A stretch of 64,000 nucleotides of DNA from the NCBI GenBank assembly GCA_030324005.1, contig JARDVH010000193.1:86991550-87055549 (forward strand), read 5' to 3'. The position numbers and the translations under genes are program-made. Every line of letters starts with the position of its first letter. Positions within the stretch are counted from its first letter, which is position 1. Source of the DNA: Negaprion brevirostris. Its lineage: Eukaryota. Shown in pieces: positions 1 through 13,360 of this stretch. The notes under the pieces were generated by a model. It was not told the DNA's origin and searched no databases. It saw nothing but the letters and a program-made list of their open reading frames with translations.

Positions 1-1867
1 TTAGCACGTAATTTTCTGATTTTTTTAAATTACAAGATATTTGCCATTAATGCATTAACTCATGATTAGTGGAGGCAATTGAAAATCCTTTCTTTATTTC
101 TCGCTCACTAATACTGCTTATCCTTCTAATCCCCTATTGTGCTCTATATACTGCAATACAGAATACACAAAAGTTAATAAAATATTTTAATACAAGCATA
201 TTTCACCTTGATTTGTTGCTCTACATTAATCACGGTCGCTGCAGACTGTCTTCCTAATATTAGCGGATGTGAAAACATGTTTTCCTTCTTAATTGGCAAA
301 GTAAATAGTTTGGCAGGTTAAAGGTTAATTTATTGTGGTAAAGATGTTTTTCCTTAATCTCCCTCACATGCTCATGCAACAGTAACAAGTTTAGCTTCTT
401 AATCGTATCAGCCAGAGTTTGCAAAGGAGGTTTGTAACACTTTATTTATAGTACTTATTGCTCCACGCCAGTGATTCCACTCGTACTCATTCAAAGGCAA
501 ATAGAAATTAGCAAAAGAATATCTTCAATTATATTCTTGAGTTTAACCCCATCAAATTTAAACTACTCATTTGTCCTTCCACCAAATATATATATTATGT
601 ATTTTTCTCCTACATAAGTTACTTGACATTTTTCAGTTCATTTTAATCACTGTTTCTTTTGAAAGCTTGACCCCAGACCCTTTTAATCATACACTGAAAG
701 GTGTAAACTACCAGCAAAGCAGGGCATCAACTACTGATTTCCTCAACTGCTCTTCCATCTCCCCTCGTACTCACGAGCAGGATATGTTGCAGGGTCCAAA
801 GGTATCTCGTAATCTTCCAAGGCCACAGAAGGAATCAATGAGAATACACAGTTCCAGCATCCACCACTGCTGCACTCATTGGGTTCCATTGGGCACAAAG
901 GCATATCTGATGGGAATCCTGAAGCATCCTGGAAACACCCTCAAACACAATTCTAAATGCTACGAGGATGCATCAACTTCCCTCCCATCCTGTCCAGCTG
1001 CAGTTTGCTCTGCAGTTAAAATATGATCAAGTTCTGGTAGATCCAGATGCTATCTCATTTTCCCTCCCCAACACGAATTGCCATGGAATTGAGAGCTTCG
1101 ACTGTTAAAGTATTTTACAAGGAGAAGTATTTGCATGTGGTTCACATGGATTTTAGAAAAGCTTTTTTTTGAACCATCATTCATCAGAAGAGATTTATTG
1201 CAAACAAAATAGGCAGGATTTTTGACAGATAATGGAGGTGGGAATAGGATCAGGAATTACAAAAACGTAAACATTATTGCAGTAATTTTGAAATACCAGT
1301 GCCTTCCAAGCTCCATGCTATTTTTGCAGGTAAGGAAGGCTTTCGGTCACATAACCACACGCATTTCTTCTGAGGTAACCTTTGTGAGCCCTATAGGAAG
1401 TTTTGATTTGCTCCTATCTGCTATTTTAGGGTGCTGGTCCAGGGTTCAGAAGAACCTATCTCTTTGAAGAATTTATGACCATGGGATAAGTCTACTGAGG
1501 AGTCAGGAACATTCTAACAAGTGTTTAATGCTTTAACAATGTCAAATGTCACTAGTAGATGCTGTCTTGTAATGTAGTTAATGTAATGTAATGTTTCAAC
1601 TGCAGTGGTTCATCATAGGATTCTGTCCAGAAAAGATAAGTTGACCATTACATTGACTAGCATTATGTAAGTGTTAAGATGCATTGGAGTGGTTTTCCCA
1701 TGGAGAAAAGTGCCATAATGCATTCAAAACCATGGAAGGATGGGCTGGGAAATTCTCCTGATATGTTTTGGACTGAGACATAAATGTCCAGAGATCTTTA
1801 TCTTTGAAAAAAATCCCTGCAGTTGAAAGTTAAAACACTAAACATCTGCTCTACTCTATTAATGTTC

Positions 1868-2245
1868 CTTCTTTATTTTGTCATGGAATGTGGACACCAT
1901 TGGCAAAACCAGCATTTGTTACCTATCCCTTGAATTGAATGACTTTTTCAGCCATTTCAGATGGCCATTAAGAGTCAACCACATTACTGTGACGTGAAGT
2001 CAAATGTCAGCCAGGTAACGATGGCAGATTTCTTTCCCTAAAGTACATCAGTGAACCAGATGGGTTTTCATGGTAATCAATGGTAGTTTCATAGTCATCA
2101 TTATTGAGACAAGCTTTATTTTCCAGACTTATAAATTGAATTTAAATTCCATGAGCTGAAATGGTGGGATTTGAACCTGTGATCCCAGAGCATTAGCCTA
2201 GATCATTGGATTGTCAGTCCTGTGTCATTACCGCTACACCATCAT
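1868..2245 (-). mobile_element. tRNA-derived SINE, family 2 (shares its 3' tail with a CR1/L2-group LINE)
   Basis: Reverse complement of the copy at 23594-24035. Shared core gccatttcaga..aagagtcaaccacatt..gatggcagattt..ttccctaaag..agtgaaccagatggg, and a B-box-like ggttcaaatccc on the minus strand. Confidence 0.8.
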
Positions 2246-3129
2246 CTTCCCATTTGAAATGGAAAAGACATTCTACAGAGCTGGGTTGCTGTTCCCAAGA
2301 ACTGAGGCATGCTTCTAAGCAGGCCACCTCTCACCCACACTCTTTCCCAAAATTGTGCTGTGGCTTGCCAAAACAGAGCCTTCCCCATTTATGTCCCTCA
2401 GAGACCAAAATATTATGGAATTGGGGTTGGCAGGCTGGGGTTTCGGAAGTTGGAAATGGACTTCACTCACATTTTCTGAGCCAGAGATGAAAATCCAGAC
2501 CAATGGCTCTTGGAATTACATAAAACGCATTTATATTGTTTTTGAGGAGGTTAGGTTAGAAAGTTCAAGAGAAAGAGCAAGGGTGGAGGATGGGGCCAGT
2601 GGGAGGGAACTTAATTTGCATGAACAGGGTGAACACAAGTCCCTCCAAAGTGTTTTTTTCTCTTTAGATTATTTAAAGGAATGTGAGCATGTCCATGGAT
2701 AAGTTAGACACAGTTTCCCAGTGAACATACTGTGCATTAATGGAAGAGAGGGCACCCATCTGGCTGCACACCAGGCCTGAATCAAGTGATATTGTGCACC
2801 GATCAAAGACAGCTATCCCAGACCAACCAGTGATCCGTGGCGCTGGGATAGTGTTAGAGGGAATTCTGAGTTAGAGGTGTTCAGTCATAATCCCACAGAT
2901 GTTAGCTTCATACCATTGGTTCCTCAACCTGGCACATACACCCAAATGTCTGAACCTACGGTTCCACTTGAATTGTGCAGGATTTGTTGCCCATTCCTAA
3001 CTGCTTTTGGAAAGATGGAGGTGTGTTACCTTCTTGAACCATTGCAGATGAGGTAGCGGAGACCGTGTTGTTACAAAAGGAGTTCCACGATTTTGAACCA
3101 ACAACAATGCAATGACAATCTGGAGTTAG

Positions 3130-3400
3130 ATTTTACAGGACATCCATTTGGAACAGGAATGTACAAACTCCACACATCTGCTTGGCCCAGCTGCAGTATC
3201 AGCCATGGCCACCATTTCAAGTGATGCTGGCATCACTTGTTGCAAAGCTGCCAATCTCTGACTGAACAGCAGCTCTATGAGGCAAGACTTTCTCCTGTGG
3301 ACCAATGGAAGCCTCACCTTATTATAGTTAAAGGAACCATCAGCCAAAAAATTAAAGTGAAATGAGCTGGCCAAGCAGAGATAGGCTTGTCCCTGGCAGC
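3130..3400 (-). pseudogene. possible PIF/Harbinger Myb/SANT-like ORF remnant
   Basis: Minus ORF ...VHRRKSCL...PASLEMVAMADTAAGPSRC...CSKWM loosely follows the Harbinger Myb-like pattern VxxRRxxLF...AWxEVAxxVSA...RxxxQCRKR. Very degenerate. Confidence 0.3.
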
Positions 3401-3409
3401 AGTGCTGGA

Positions 3410-3570
3410 ATGTAGGGTTGATGTGGAGATGCTGGTGTTGGACTGGAGTAAAACAGAAAGAAATCCCACAACACCAGCTTAAAGTTCCCTCTAACACTAT
3501 CCCAGGTTTATTTGTAGCAAAAGCCGCAAGCTTTCAGGACAGGCTGTCCCTTCGTCAGGTGGCTGGGAGG
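3410..3570 (-). mobile_element. Penelope-like pLTR remnant containing a minimal hammerhead ribozyme (3522-3564)
   Basis: Minus strand reads agccac CTGACGA a gggaca-gcc-tgtcct GAAA gc TT gcggct, then aataaacc..ctttaagctggtgttgtg..agtccaacaccagcatctccacatc. Same family as 11490-11640. Confidence 0.75.
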
Positions 3571-3799
3571 TGGCTAGGAATGTAGGGAGCCTGTCCTCAA
3601 CATTCAATCCAGCCAATAGTTTATGTCAGAATGTCGTGTGGACTGGATGGGAAGTTGCACATGGTAATGTTCCCATGTGTTGTTGCCCTTGCTGTCTAAT
3701 GAGGGCCAGTGAACATTTTAAAGTGGCAATCAGAGTTTACAGAATGAAGGAAGTAAGAGTCAAGTCATCCTGGAAGAGCTACAAAAATTAATCAAAAAA

Positions 3800-4385
3800 C
3801 ATGGTCATCAAGACAAATTAAGAAGGCTTTTATATGCAGACAGTCAAATAACGAGGCTATGGAGATTTGGAGAGAGAGTTTCAGAGGATAGGATCAATCC
3901 GGAAAGCACCACTACCAATGGGAAGGAATACGTAGAGAAGGTCAGTCATACAAAGACTATATGAAAGATCTAAAGTTGCAAAGTTATGAGGGGACTTGAA
4001 TATGTTGGAGAAAATGTGTGTGTCAATGAGCATAGGCAAGTTGAAGTTTTGTATTGGACAAGTTAGTAGTACATCTATAGATATGTTTGGACCAGTTGAA
4101 CTTTATGGAGCTGGATTAAGGAAAGATGGCAAACCAAGTGGTGCAGATATCAAAGTTGAATGCAGCATAGGCCTGAACAAGAGTTTTGTCAATGGTGATA
4201 ATGAGCTAAAGGCAGAGGAAGATAATATTGAGGAGGTGGAAGCGTTTTTGGTGATGTTTAGGATTTGGATTTAAAGCTCAGCTCGGGGTTGAACAGGAAA
4301 CCATGGTTTCGTTCTGTCTGCTATAGTCAAAGCAAGTGACCAGGGAAGGAGTAGGTTTTGTGGTGGAGATCAAAAGATGAAGGCC
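3800..4385 (-). mobile_element. old L2-type LINE 3' fragment
   Basis: Minus strand near 4230-4320 encodes a degenerate RNxGFLFNPELSF..ILNITKNA.HLLNI, matching the L2 ORF2 C-terminal motif NLGVxFDxxLSF..HI..ITK.A.FHL.NI. Confidence 0.6.
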
Positions 4386-4394
4386 ATGGTCTAT

Positions 4395-4805
4395 AGTCTT
4401 GGCTCAGTTGGTAGCACTCTCATCTCTAATCAGAAAGTTGTGTGTTCAAATCTCACTCTAGAGGGTTTGGTACATAATGTAGGTTGATACTTCTGTTCAC
4501 TGAGGTGTGCTACACTACAGTCTTTTAGATGAGACGTTGAACCAAGGCCCATCTGCCCTCTCAAGTCAAAAGAAAATACAACACCACTCTGCATGGAAGA
4601 TCAAGGGAGTTTTCCCAGTGTCCTGGCCAAGATTTAACCGCCAACGAAAATCGGAAACACATTGCATTGTCTGTTATTTCATTGCTGTTGGTAGGAGCTT
4701 GCCTTGTGCTAACCAGTTGCTGCTCCTCCTACATTATAAAAGTGATTACGCTTCATGAGTACCTCATTGGCTGCTGTAAAACACTTTGTGATATTTCTTT
4801 CTTCT
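4395..4805 (+). mobile_element. near full-length DeuSINE-like (SacSINE1-like) tRNA SINE
   Basis: tRNA head ggctcagttggtagcactct...gtgttcaaatctcact, central gatgagacgttgaaccaaggcccatctgccctctca, L2-like tail cattggctg..taaaacactttg. Fragments recur at 6190-6445, 11165-11435/11640-11690 (minus), 41885-42065, 45715-45830 (minus) and 50525-50600. Confidence 0.7.
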
Positions 4806-4898
4806 CGTGTTCAGTTGGTAGAAATATTGATACATCCACAATGTGAGGTCAGTTTGATGAGGAGCTAAAGCTAGCACAGATACTGATGTTGATTTCAT

Positions 4899-5700
4899 GG
4901 CCAGGATTCTCCCACAAAAATTCCCCCAAGTGAGGGAAAATGTCAGTAAATCCCNNNNNNNNNNNNNNNNNNNNNNNNNNNNNNNNNNNNNNNNNNNNNN
5001 NNNNNNNNNNNNNNNNNNNNNNNNNNNNNNNNNNNNNNNNNNNNNNNNNNNNNNAATCCCATTTTTTTTAGTATGATTTCCAGAATGAATCTCTGACACT
5101 CAGTGCTTTACAGAGTACCCTAGCATGATTCACTCTGAAAATCTGTGGGCGCGGCCCATTCCCAATGGAAAGGTTTGTGGCATAGTGCTGAGGGTGGCAT
5201 TGTGCATGTGCCGATTTGTCAGAATGGAGACCGACATGGGCGCATTGGCCCCACATTGTCACTCCCACAAAACCTCCACCTATGGCCTTCTGACTCCTCC
5301 TGCCTACCTCGCCCCCCCTTGCGATCGCTGGCCTCCTGTACCACCCCAGGCAAGCCTTGATGTACCACCCGACCCACTCTCCCCTCCGTGCAGCCTTGAT
5401 CTTCCCAGCCCCCCACTCAGCCAGCCTCAAGCTCCCAGTCACCCCTCCAGATAGACCTGACCCCCAACCCCTCCTCCGGCAACCCTGATTTCGGTCATGG
5501 GCCTGCTAATGGAATGTAATGCACAATTTCCATATGTAATCAGTTCTAAGCCGATTCCAGCTGATTGTGCTGGAAATCTTAGTCTGGGAGACTTGTGGAT
5601 CTGTGACGCCAGCGAGAAGCCTGTGAAATGGCCTCCAATGATGTTTCCTGGCCCACTGCACTTCTCTAGCGGCACATCAGGCTGGGAGAATCACCCGTCC
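4899..5700. mobile_element. GC-rich PIF/Harbinger-type MITE
   Basis: Termini GGCCAGGATTCTCCCA ... TGGGAGAATCACCCGTCC. CAT flanks both ends (4896-4898 and 5701-5703), a 3-bp TSD. Internal motifs are shared with the other copies. Confidence 0.75.
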
Positions 5701-6523
5701 CATGTCTGGATGATTCTCTTGAAGGGTTCCATCCAGATAAGGTAGAAAGGACCATCAAAAGTTTTCTGGAGACATGAGAAGTGAGTATACAGGTGCCTGT
5801 AAAGAGAAACTACCACACTGGCTCTGCTGTGATAGGAAGGAATGGGACTACATAAGGCCAATTTCATAGAACTGGAATACAAAGGACAGACAATAGAAGA
5901 GGATGGTGTGGCTGGGGAGGTTTAGGTAAGAGTGAGGTAAGACTTAATAATAAGATCTATGCTACTGCCACCACCGGATGGGACAAAAGATTCAACAGGT
6001 CTGCTCTGTATAGCCAAACTAACAGATTTTATTTGGGTTGAATTCTGGACATGAAGCAACCAGCAACTTCAGGTATAGGAATACCTCAGGACCAAGTAGT
6101 CTGGAAATGCACCTATATATATGCTACATTGAGATAAGCATGCAACATTGTTTCTTACATAAAAAATCCATTGGATCATTCAAAGAAGGTCAGGGGCAGC
6201 AAAGATAGATTTTTGTTCCTGGTCTTCCAGTTAACTGTTATCAACCAACTAACAATGCATCAATAAAACAATTATTGGCTACCTATTTCCCTACTGTATG
6301 TGACTTCTTTCTGTGTGATAATTACCTGCCACATTAATGACATAATAATGATGACTGCACAATGATGAAAAGTAATTAATCATGGAACTGTTTGGGGTGT
6401 CCTGAGAATACAAAAGATGTTACCAAAGTGTTGCCTCTTTTCCTCATTCTCTTTATGTATTCTCTCTCACTTTCTCCTTTCTTTTTCCCTCTCTCTTTTC
6501 ATGTTGAAAGATACATGCAAGCA

Positions 6524-6525
6524 TG

Positions 6526-6556
<31 letters not shown>
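6524..6556. repeat. (GC)n(CA)n microsatellite
   Basis: gcgcgcgc followed directly by a run of ca repeats. Confidence 0.95.
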
Positions 6557-6974
6557 TCATTTGTAGGAACCAGAATTAACTGGCATTCTGTCCAAAATTA
6601 AATAGAAAGCTAAATTCTAAAAGGAAATGTATTTTTCACTGTAACTAGCAAATGAATATTATACTCTGAGTCTATGGTGCAGATTCTCCAGTATTTGTGT
6701 ATGTTGCAAAAACTTTCTGTATATAGCTTGGGATTCATTAATCTTGGAAACATTTTTTTAGCTTTGATTCAACAGTGGACGGGGATTCTCATATGACCAG
6801 AGATTTATTTGATGGAAAAATCAGCCAGGGATCCATTGTTGTTCATAATCCTTGATTTTGATGACTTGTGGCCAAGATTGGGACTGACTAATACCCTTCA
6901 TTTTAACATAGTTTGTGAAGATTTGTAGTAAATTGAGGTGATAATTTGTAGCAAGTGAGTGCAGGAGTTAAAAG

Positions 6975-7965
6975 GTAAGAACGTAAGAAGTAGAAGCAGG
7001 AGTAGGCCATCTGGCCCCTCGAGCCTGCTCTGCCATTCAATAAGATCANNNNNNNNNNNNNNNGACTCAGCTGCACTTACCCACCTGCTCACCATAACCC
7101 TTAATTCCTTTAATGTTCAAAATCCATCTCTCTGTGCCTTAAAAACATTCAATGAGATAGCCTCAACTGCTTCACTGGGCAGGAAATTCCACAGATTCAC
7201 AATCCTTTGTGTGAAGAAATTCCTCCTCAACTCAGTCCTAACTCTGTTCCCCCTTGTTTTGAGGCCATGTCCCTAGTTCTATTTTCACCCACCAGTGGAA
7301 ACAACTTCCCTGCTTCTATTTTATCTATTCCCTCATAATCTTACATGCATCTATAAGATCTCCCCTCATTCTTCTGAATTCAAATGAGTATAGCCCCAGT
7401 CTATTCAGTCTCTCCTCATAAGCCAACCATCTTAACTCTGAAATCAACTGAGTGAATCTCCTCTGTACCCCCTCCAGAACTGTATGTCCTTTCTCAAGTA
7501 AGGAGACCAAAACTGTACACAGTACTCCAGATGTGGCCTCACCAACACCTTATACAGCTGCAACATAACCTCCCTATTGTTATATTCCATCCCTCTAGCA
7601 ATGAAGGATAAAATTCCATTTTGCCTTCTCAATTACCTGCTGCACCTGTAAAGCAACTTTTTGTGATTCATGCACGAGGACACGCAGGTTCCTCTGCACA
7701 AGAGCATGCTGCAATTTTTTACCATTTAAATAATAGTCCATTTGGAGTTATTCTTACCAAAATGGATGACCTCACATTTACCAATATTATACTCCATCTG
7801 CCAGACCCTTGTCCACTCACTTCAACTATTTATATCCCTTTGCAGATGTTCTGTGTCCTCTGCACACTTTGCTCTGCCATTCATCTTACTGTCATCTGCG
7901 AACTTTGACACACTACACTTGGTCCCCAACTCCAAATCTTCTATATAAATCATAAACAATGATTT
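6975..7965 (-). mobile_element. CR1 (HER1-like) LINE, 3' ~1 kb, degraded
   Basis: Minus ORFs give NGILSFIARGMEYNNREVMLQLYKVLVRPHLEYCVQFWSPYL and LEGVQRRFT...YEERLNRLGLYSFEFRRMRGDLI. The tail cctactcctgcttct..ttcttacgttctta lies at 6975-7010. Confidence 0.95.
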
Positions 7966-7999
7966 TTTAATTTAAGTTTTTATGAGGCAGAATGTCAGT

Positions 8000-8330
8000 A
8001 TAAGTAAACGAGGATATGGGTATTAGATAGGTAAGCTTTATGTTGAATAGGATATGTGCAGCATTTTCAAGAATTTATTCATGGAGGGGGATAAAATGCT
8101 GACATTGGCGGTTTGAGTTTGGAAATAGCAAAGGGATGTATGGAAGTTTCCGTGACAGGACAATATTGGAATGGTAGAAGAAGTAAAGAATGTTGATGGT
8201 GGATAGGATATGAGATGTATTTCTCAGCTCTGGATAGAAAGTACAAATCGTCTTGATTGGCCTAAGTGGATGACAGGGAGGGAGACCAGTGTAAAGTCTC
8301 AAATCTAATCTGAGGAATTACAAAGAGGAT
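8000..8330 (-). mobile_element. old L2-type LINE fragment
   Basis: Minus frame FYPELRNTSHILSTINILYFF resembles the L2 motif FDPELSFxxHI...YFHL. Confidence 0.4.
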
Positions 8331-9649
8331 AATATAGGAACCATGAGAAGTGATTGCTAGCAATGTGCTGGCTGCAGTCAATAAGGCAAGAATGGAACCA
8401 TATAAATTTAATCTGACAAATGTGAAAGGTTTGATAAAGGCAAAGTGTAACTATGTAGTTGTAGTCATAGGCAATGTCACTCGACATTGCCTAGGCTGCT
8501 TTTTTGCTCTGTTAAGCGTAGAATCCAGGCTGGATAGATTCAGATCAGGAATTCAGCAATGGAGCATTTATACAAATAGCAATTTATTTGTGCCCTCATC
8601 TCAATAGCAGACTCAGAAATATACTTGAAAATTCCTTTACGCATCAGGTGGGAATGGTATGGGCGGGAGATGGATTAACACAAAAGGGAAGTTTGTTCCT
8701 CATTCTAAATGCACTTCAAAAACTCTTACCTTACTTGAAATCAGATGCAGGAAGGCTGTCCATCTATTAGGGTATGCATACCATCTTAACTGTGTGCTCA
8801 CACAGTCTCAATCTGCCAGCAGAAGCTGGAGACAGGTGGTAAGTGCCCACCAAGTGTTTAGTTTAAATTTTAAAGGTTCTTTGTGGGTTAAATGTAGTCA
8901 GGGTTCTTCCCTGACTGTGTTAGTTACCCATTTCCCCTTTCCTCATTTACTGGATTATTTCCCTGGGTCTCCATCAGCAGCCGATTCCCCTCTCCCCACC
9001 AACCCCTTTCATCCCTAACATGGACTTCCACTCCCACCCACTGACCTTAACTTAACCCTCACCTGTTTTGGGCAGAAGTCAGTATCAGAACATTCAAATG
9101 AAGCCTGCGAGTTAAAATCTCTGGAACATCATGCTCTGGGAAACCAGATGGAGTGCTGACTGCTTCAGCCTCTGATTTCCATCCCGAGTTAAAATTAGAG
9201 TTTGAGAGCCTAATAAGTTACTATCAAACTATAGCTTGTCACACAGGTAGCAATACATTCGAACATTAAACGCTTCAATTCACTCCTAGTTTGTGCACAT
9301 CGAGTTATTGTAAAGCTTAATTTAAATCAGTTTATCATTCTTTAAATGATTTTTTCCAATATTACTTCCTACCTTTTTCAATACCCCTCAGTCCTTGCAA
9401 CTCCCAAAGTTGCCGCTATACTCTGCCACTAACGCACAAGCTGTGTTGAACACTGTTCTTTGCCGTCACTCCCTGTCCCACGCTCACTTGGCACTGTTAC
9501 ATTAGTTTCCGCCCCAGTGCTCATCTAGCACTTATTAATCAACCTCTTGGTACTCATGTGTTACCTTGTTGTTACCTCTCCTTGATTTGATCAACATAAC
9601 TATTAAACTCCACTTTTACTTTAAATTGTAAATGCTTGAAAATTTGAAA

Positions 9650-10020
9650 TATTATTGACATTGATAAAAGCACCACTTTTACCTAAGGATTGCTGCCCCA
9701 ACCACTGAACTCAATATTCATCCCTCCATTGTTGGCTTACTGTGGCTATACTATTTACTATCCATGGGATACAATGCAGCTAGATTACTTTGGCAACATC
9801 TCTTTCAACTTGTCCCTGGTGCTATGAGGCAGCAGTGTTAGCCACTGTGCTACCATCTGTACCATCAGGAAGGGCAAAAGCAGTTGTGTTTTTGGGACAT
9901 CATCACCTCCAAGTTACCTTCCTTGTTGCTTAGCATCCTGACTTCAACATGTATCACACTTACCTTCATCTGTACAAGCTCTTGGAATTCCCTACCCAAG
10001 AGTATTGTGGAAGTTAAAAT
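9650..10020 (+). mobile_element. CR1/L2-group LINE 3' fragment with an embedded HE1 head fragment (9811-9855, minus)
   Basis: Similar to 54840-55010, 55323-55380 and 56387-56440 (aacatccactccc..., accatcctgact..., tggaattccct.cc). The HE1 head appears as ccctggtgctatgaggcagcagtg. Confidence 0.6.
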
Positions 10021-10778
10021 GCTCAGATTTGAAAAATTCATGCCTTCTGTACAACAGTTTGTGAGAATGTTATCAGTTTCAGACCTTCAAGGGAATCTAT
10101 ATGCTTTCAGGATAATCTTCTTTTGCATCGGCCTCATAACATTCTGCTTTTTGACCTTCATTGGAGGGTGAGCAAGATCAAACTTTTCCATAACAAATAT
10201 CAAAGACAAGATATGGGGATATGCTACGCAAATGAAGGATTATCAGAAGTCAACTTTTTATCAAATGAAAAAGGGCAAAAAGCCAGGTTTTAATTTACAA
10301 TATGTATGTCAATAAAGAATGTGAACAAAATGCTTGTTCCTGATTTGCTGTAATTGACCATAACTGTGAAGTTCAGAACACCTCTATCATTTTGATGGAT
10401 GAGGGGAGTTCTCCTTGTGCACAAGTAATTAAAAACCTTTCGTTGGATACATGATGTCCAGCGTTGTTTGTATTAAGAGTCAACTAAGTGTGCCTAAGGT
10501 TGCTGGCACCCAAGGATCTCTGAAGATCACCATAAGGACTACAATAATTCAAGGTGAAAACTCATCACTGCCATGATTGGAGAGCTAGGGACGGACAATA
10601 GATTGGAGAGCTAGGGATGGACAAAGTCTTGCCAACATTGGCAAAATCCTGGGTGTAATTTTTGAAAATAAGAAAGATGAGATTGGCAGTGAGATGGGAA
10701 GCACCTCCTTGGGCTAGCACACAGTGTGCTTTGCAAATTTGTTTCTTCTACCAGGTGACCCTTCCAATGCATTACCAA

Positions 10779-11050
10779 GCATGGTAGCACAGTGGTTAAC
10801 ACTGCTGCCTCATAACACCAGGGACTTGAGGTGAATTCTGGCCTGGGGTGACTGTCTATGTGGAATTTTCACATTCTCCCATGACTGTGTGTGTTTCCTC
10901 TGGATGCTCCAGCTTCCTCCCAAAGATATTCAGGTTAGGTGGTAAATGCAAGGTATTATGAAGAGGGTCTGGGTAAGATGCTCTTCAGAGAGTTAGTGCA
11001 GACTCAATGGACTGAATGGTCTGCTTGTGCACTGTAGGAAGTGTATGACA
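10779..11050 (+). mobile_element. HE1 SINE
   Basis: Head gcatggtagcacagtggttaacactgctgcctca..cagggac, central cacattctccc..gtttcctc, CR1-like tail gtgcagactcaatggactgaatgg. Confidence 0.9.
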
Positions 11051-11439
11051 ATGTGAATAAATTGAGGTACAGTGCCCAGGTTATATAATCCATTAAATAG
11101 GCTGATGACCGTGGAGAACCTTAATGGGTCAACCACTGCACTTGATTTATATAGGATCTTTCACATCTGCAGGATGCCCCAAATGACTTATTTTTAAAGC
11201 ATTGTCACTTTTGTAACATGGGCAGACATCACAGGCAATTTTACACAGCAAAATCCAACAGAAAACAATTAGTTAAATTACAACTTAATCTGTGGTAAAT
11301 ATTACTTAAGACATTGAGGAAAATGCTTCTACTTTTCTACAAGAAAACATCCAGTCTAGGGGGACTGATCATTTAAAAGAAGGGCATTTCTGATATTGCA
11401 GCATTAGCTCAATATTTTACTGAAGTGTCGGCTTCTGCT

Positions 11440-11640
11440 ATAGAACTTGTAAATTATCTTGTAAATTGAGTTTGTGTCTATGTATGACCTGTTTGTGAAC
11501 ACAAGTCCTCACTCACCTGTTGAAGGAGCCTGAGACTCTGAAAGCTAGCACTGTCAAATAAACCTGCTGGACTTTAATCTGGTGTTGTGAGATGTCTTAC
11601 TGAGCTTACCCTAGTCCAACGCTGGCATCTCCACATCATA
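11440..11640 (+). mobile_element. Penelope-like pLTR remnant (mutated hammerhead core), inserted into a DeuSINE-like copy
   Basis: cacCTGTTGAaggagcctgagactctGAAAgcTAgc, then aataaacctgctggactttaatctggtgttgtgaga..agtccaacgctggcatctccacatc. The flanks are two halves of a minus-strand DeuSINE-like copy. Confidence 0.7.
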
Positions 11641-12713
11641 AGATTTGAATCCATGACCTTCAACTCAGGTGAGAGTGCTACCTCTGAAACGAGAATAACA
11701 TTTCAAAATAATTAACAGGATTGCTTTTTCTCCATGTTACATGGGGTCACCACAATACTGGCTAATCAGCCTTCATATCAACAAAGGGTCTTTATTGGAT
11801 TTGATGGGTGCTTTCACCATTGGATGCTCTTGCTGTCATTATAAGCCTGCCCTCATGTATTTACAACTCTTCAAAGACAAATAACTTCTGGAAGTCGTAC
11901 TTTTATATGCACTTTGTGCTAAAATTATATTGCTATTTTAAATTTTGCTGCTTTTCTCCTCATTGTTTGATGTTCATTTTGAAAGTAGGAAATAACTGTG
12001 TGCTGCAGCTTCAAAGCTCTCCTTTGAGCTATGTTCTGACATGGTTGATCTGATTTGAAGAACGTAGTCATTGACATGCAGACACTTGGTAGCATTGCCA
12101 ACAGGAAGCAAAAGCTCCTCCCCAGTCAAAAACCAACTAACTTTAATGATTGGCAACATTGATGTGTTTACAATGGTTTGGCATTAGAAATAAGCATCTG
12201 ACTTGAAAGTTGAATCTTTTTTTGAGGATGTTTTTCTTTATGTCTGAATGATTATGAGTGCAGCCAGGGTGAAAGCCAGGACACTGATTTGTAAACTTAT
12301 GGTTGTAGCATTTAAATTAAAGACACATCAGGTGTCATTGTCGAAATGGGCTCAGTCCTTTCCAACAAAAAGACAGGTTGTTTGAGCCTAAAATAAGAAG
12401 GGCATGCAATGGATACCAATAACAAGGGCCCCATTCTGAGTTCCAGGCTGTATACGGAGATCAGAACAACATTGTTTCCCAGAACAATTCCAACATTTCT
12501 CCCATTTAACAGTTACGAATGATGTTCTTCCTGTCCCATTAAAGATAATAAATATACTTAAATACAGTTCAGACAAACAGATTTTCATTCAAAAGCTGTA
12601 TGACCTTGACAGTAAGAAGGCTCTTGGCCTTGAAATCTCTCTAAATATCCTGGAGAGCGTTTTCCTGCCCAAAACATTGTTGTTGTCAGGTAGGTTATCA
12701 AGGTAAATTATAA

Positions 12714-13020
12714 GGGTGGCATGGTGACACAGCGATTAGCTGTTGCCTCACAATGCCAGGGACCTAGGTTCAATTCCCAGCTTGGGTCATTGTCTGTGTG
12801 GAATCTGCACGTTCTCCCCATTTCTGCGTGGGCTTCCTTCAAGTGCTCTGTTTTCCTTTCACAGTCCGAAAGATGTGCTGGTTAGATGCATTGGCTATGC
12901 TAAATCCTCCCTCAGTGTACTCAAATAGGCACCGGAGTGTGGCGATTGCGGAATTTTCACATTAACTTAATTGCAGTGTTAATGTAAGCCTACTTGTGAC
13001 ACTAATAAACTAAACTAAAA
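12714..13020 (+). mobile_element. HE1 SINE, variant with (taaac)n tail
   Basis: ggcatggtgacacagcgattagc..gcctcacaatgccagggacctaggttcaattccc; tail gttaatgtaagcctacttgtgacactaataaactaaactaaa. Confidence 0.9.
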
Positions 13021-13194
13021 TTATCTTAATTTAAATGGCAGAAAGGGTAGACAGGGTTTTCATTTTAACACAAATTTGGGTGGGCGGTGGCTGAGTAATC
13101 ACATCTTAGTCAAACTAATTTTACAATATTTATAATGGATGATAAAAATTTATTCAGAACTTATTTAAGCATGATTCAAAGGCCCAAACTGTAT

Positions 13195-13360
13195 TCAAAA
13201 ACAGAAAATGCTGGAAAAACTCAGCAGGTCTGAAAGCATCTCTGGAGAGTGAATAGAACCATCGTTGAAGGGTCATCCAGACTCACTGCTGTCAGACCTG
13301 CTGAGATTTTCCAGCATTTTTTGTGTTTGTTTCAGGTTCCAGCATCCACAGTATTTTGCA
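13195..13360. mobile_element. palindromic Penelope-derived repeat with a central deletion
   Basis: aaaatgctggaaaaactcagcaggtctg ... cagacctgctgagattttccagcatttt form inverted arms. Confidence 0.75.

Noticed and set aside
760-1030. ORF 571..1026 as a gene or transposase remnant
   Set aside because: Only a faint MGILK resemblance to Harbinger transposase; too weak to call.
10574-10624. 26-bp direct repeat (also a 19-bp one at 45254-45290)
   Set aside because: Simple two-unit tandem duplications with no spacers; not an array or CRISPR.
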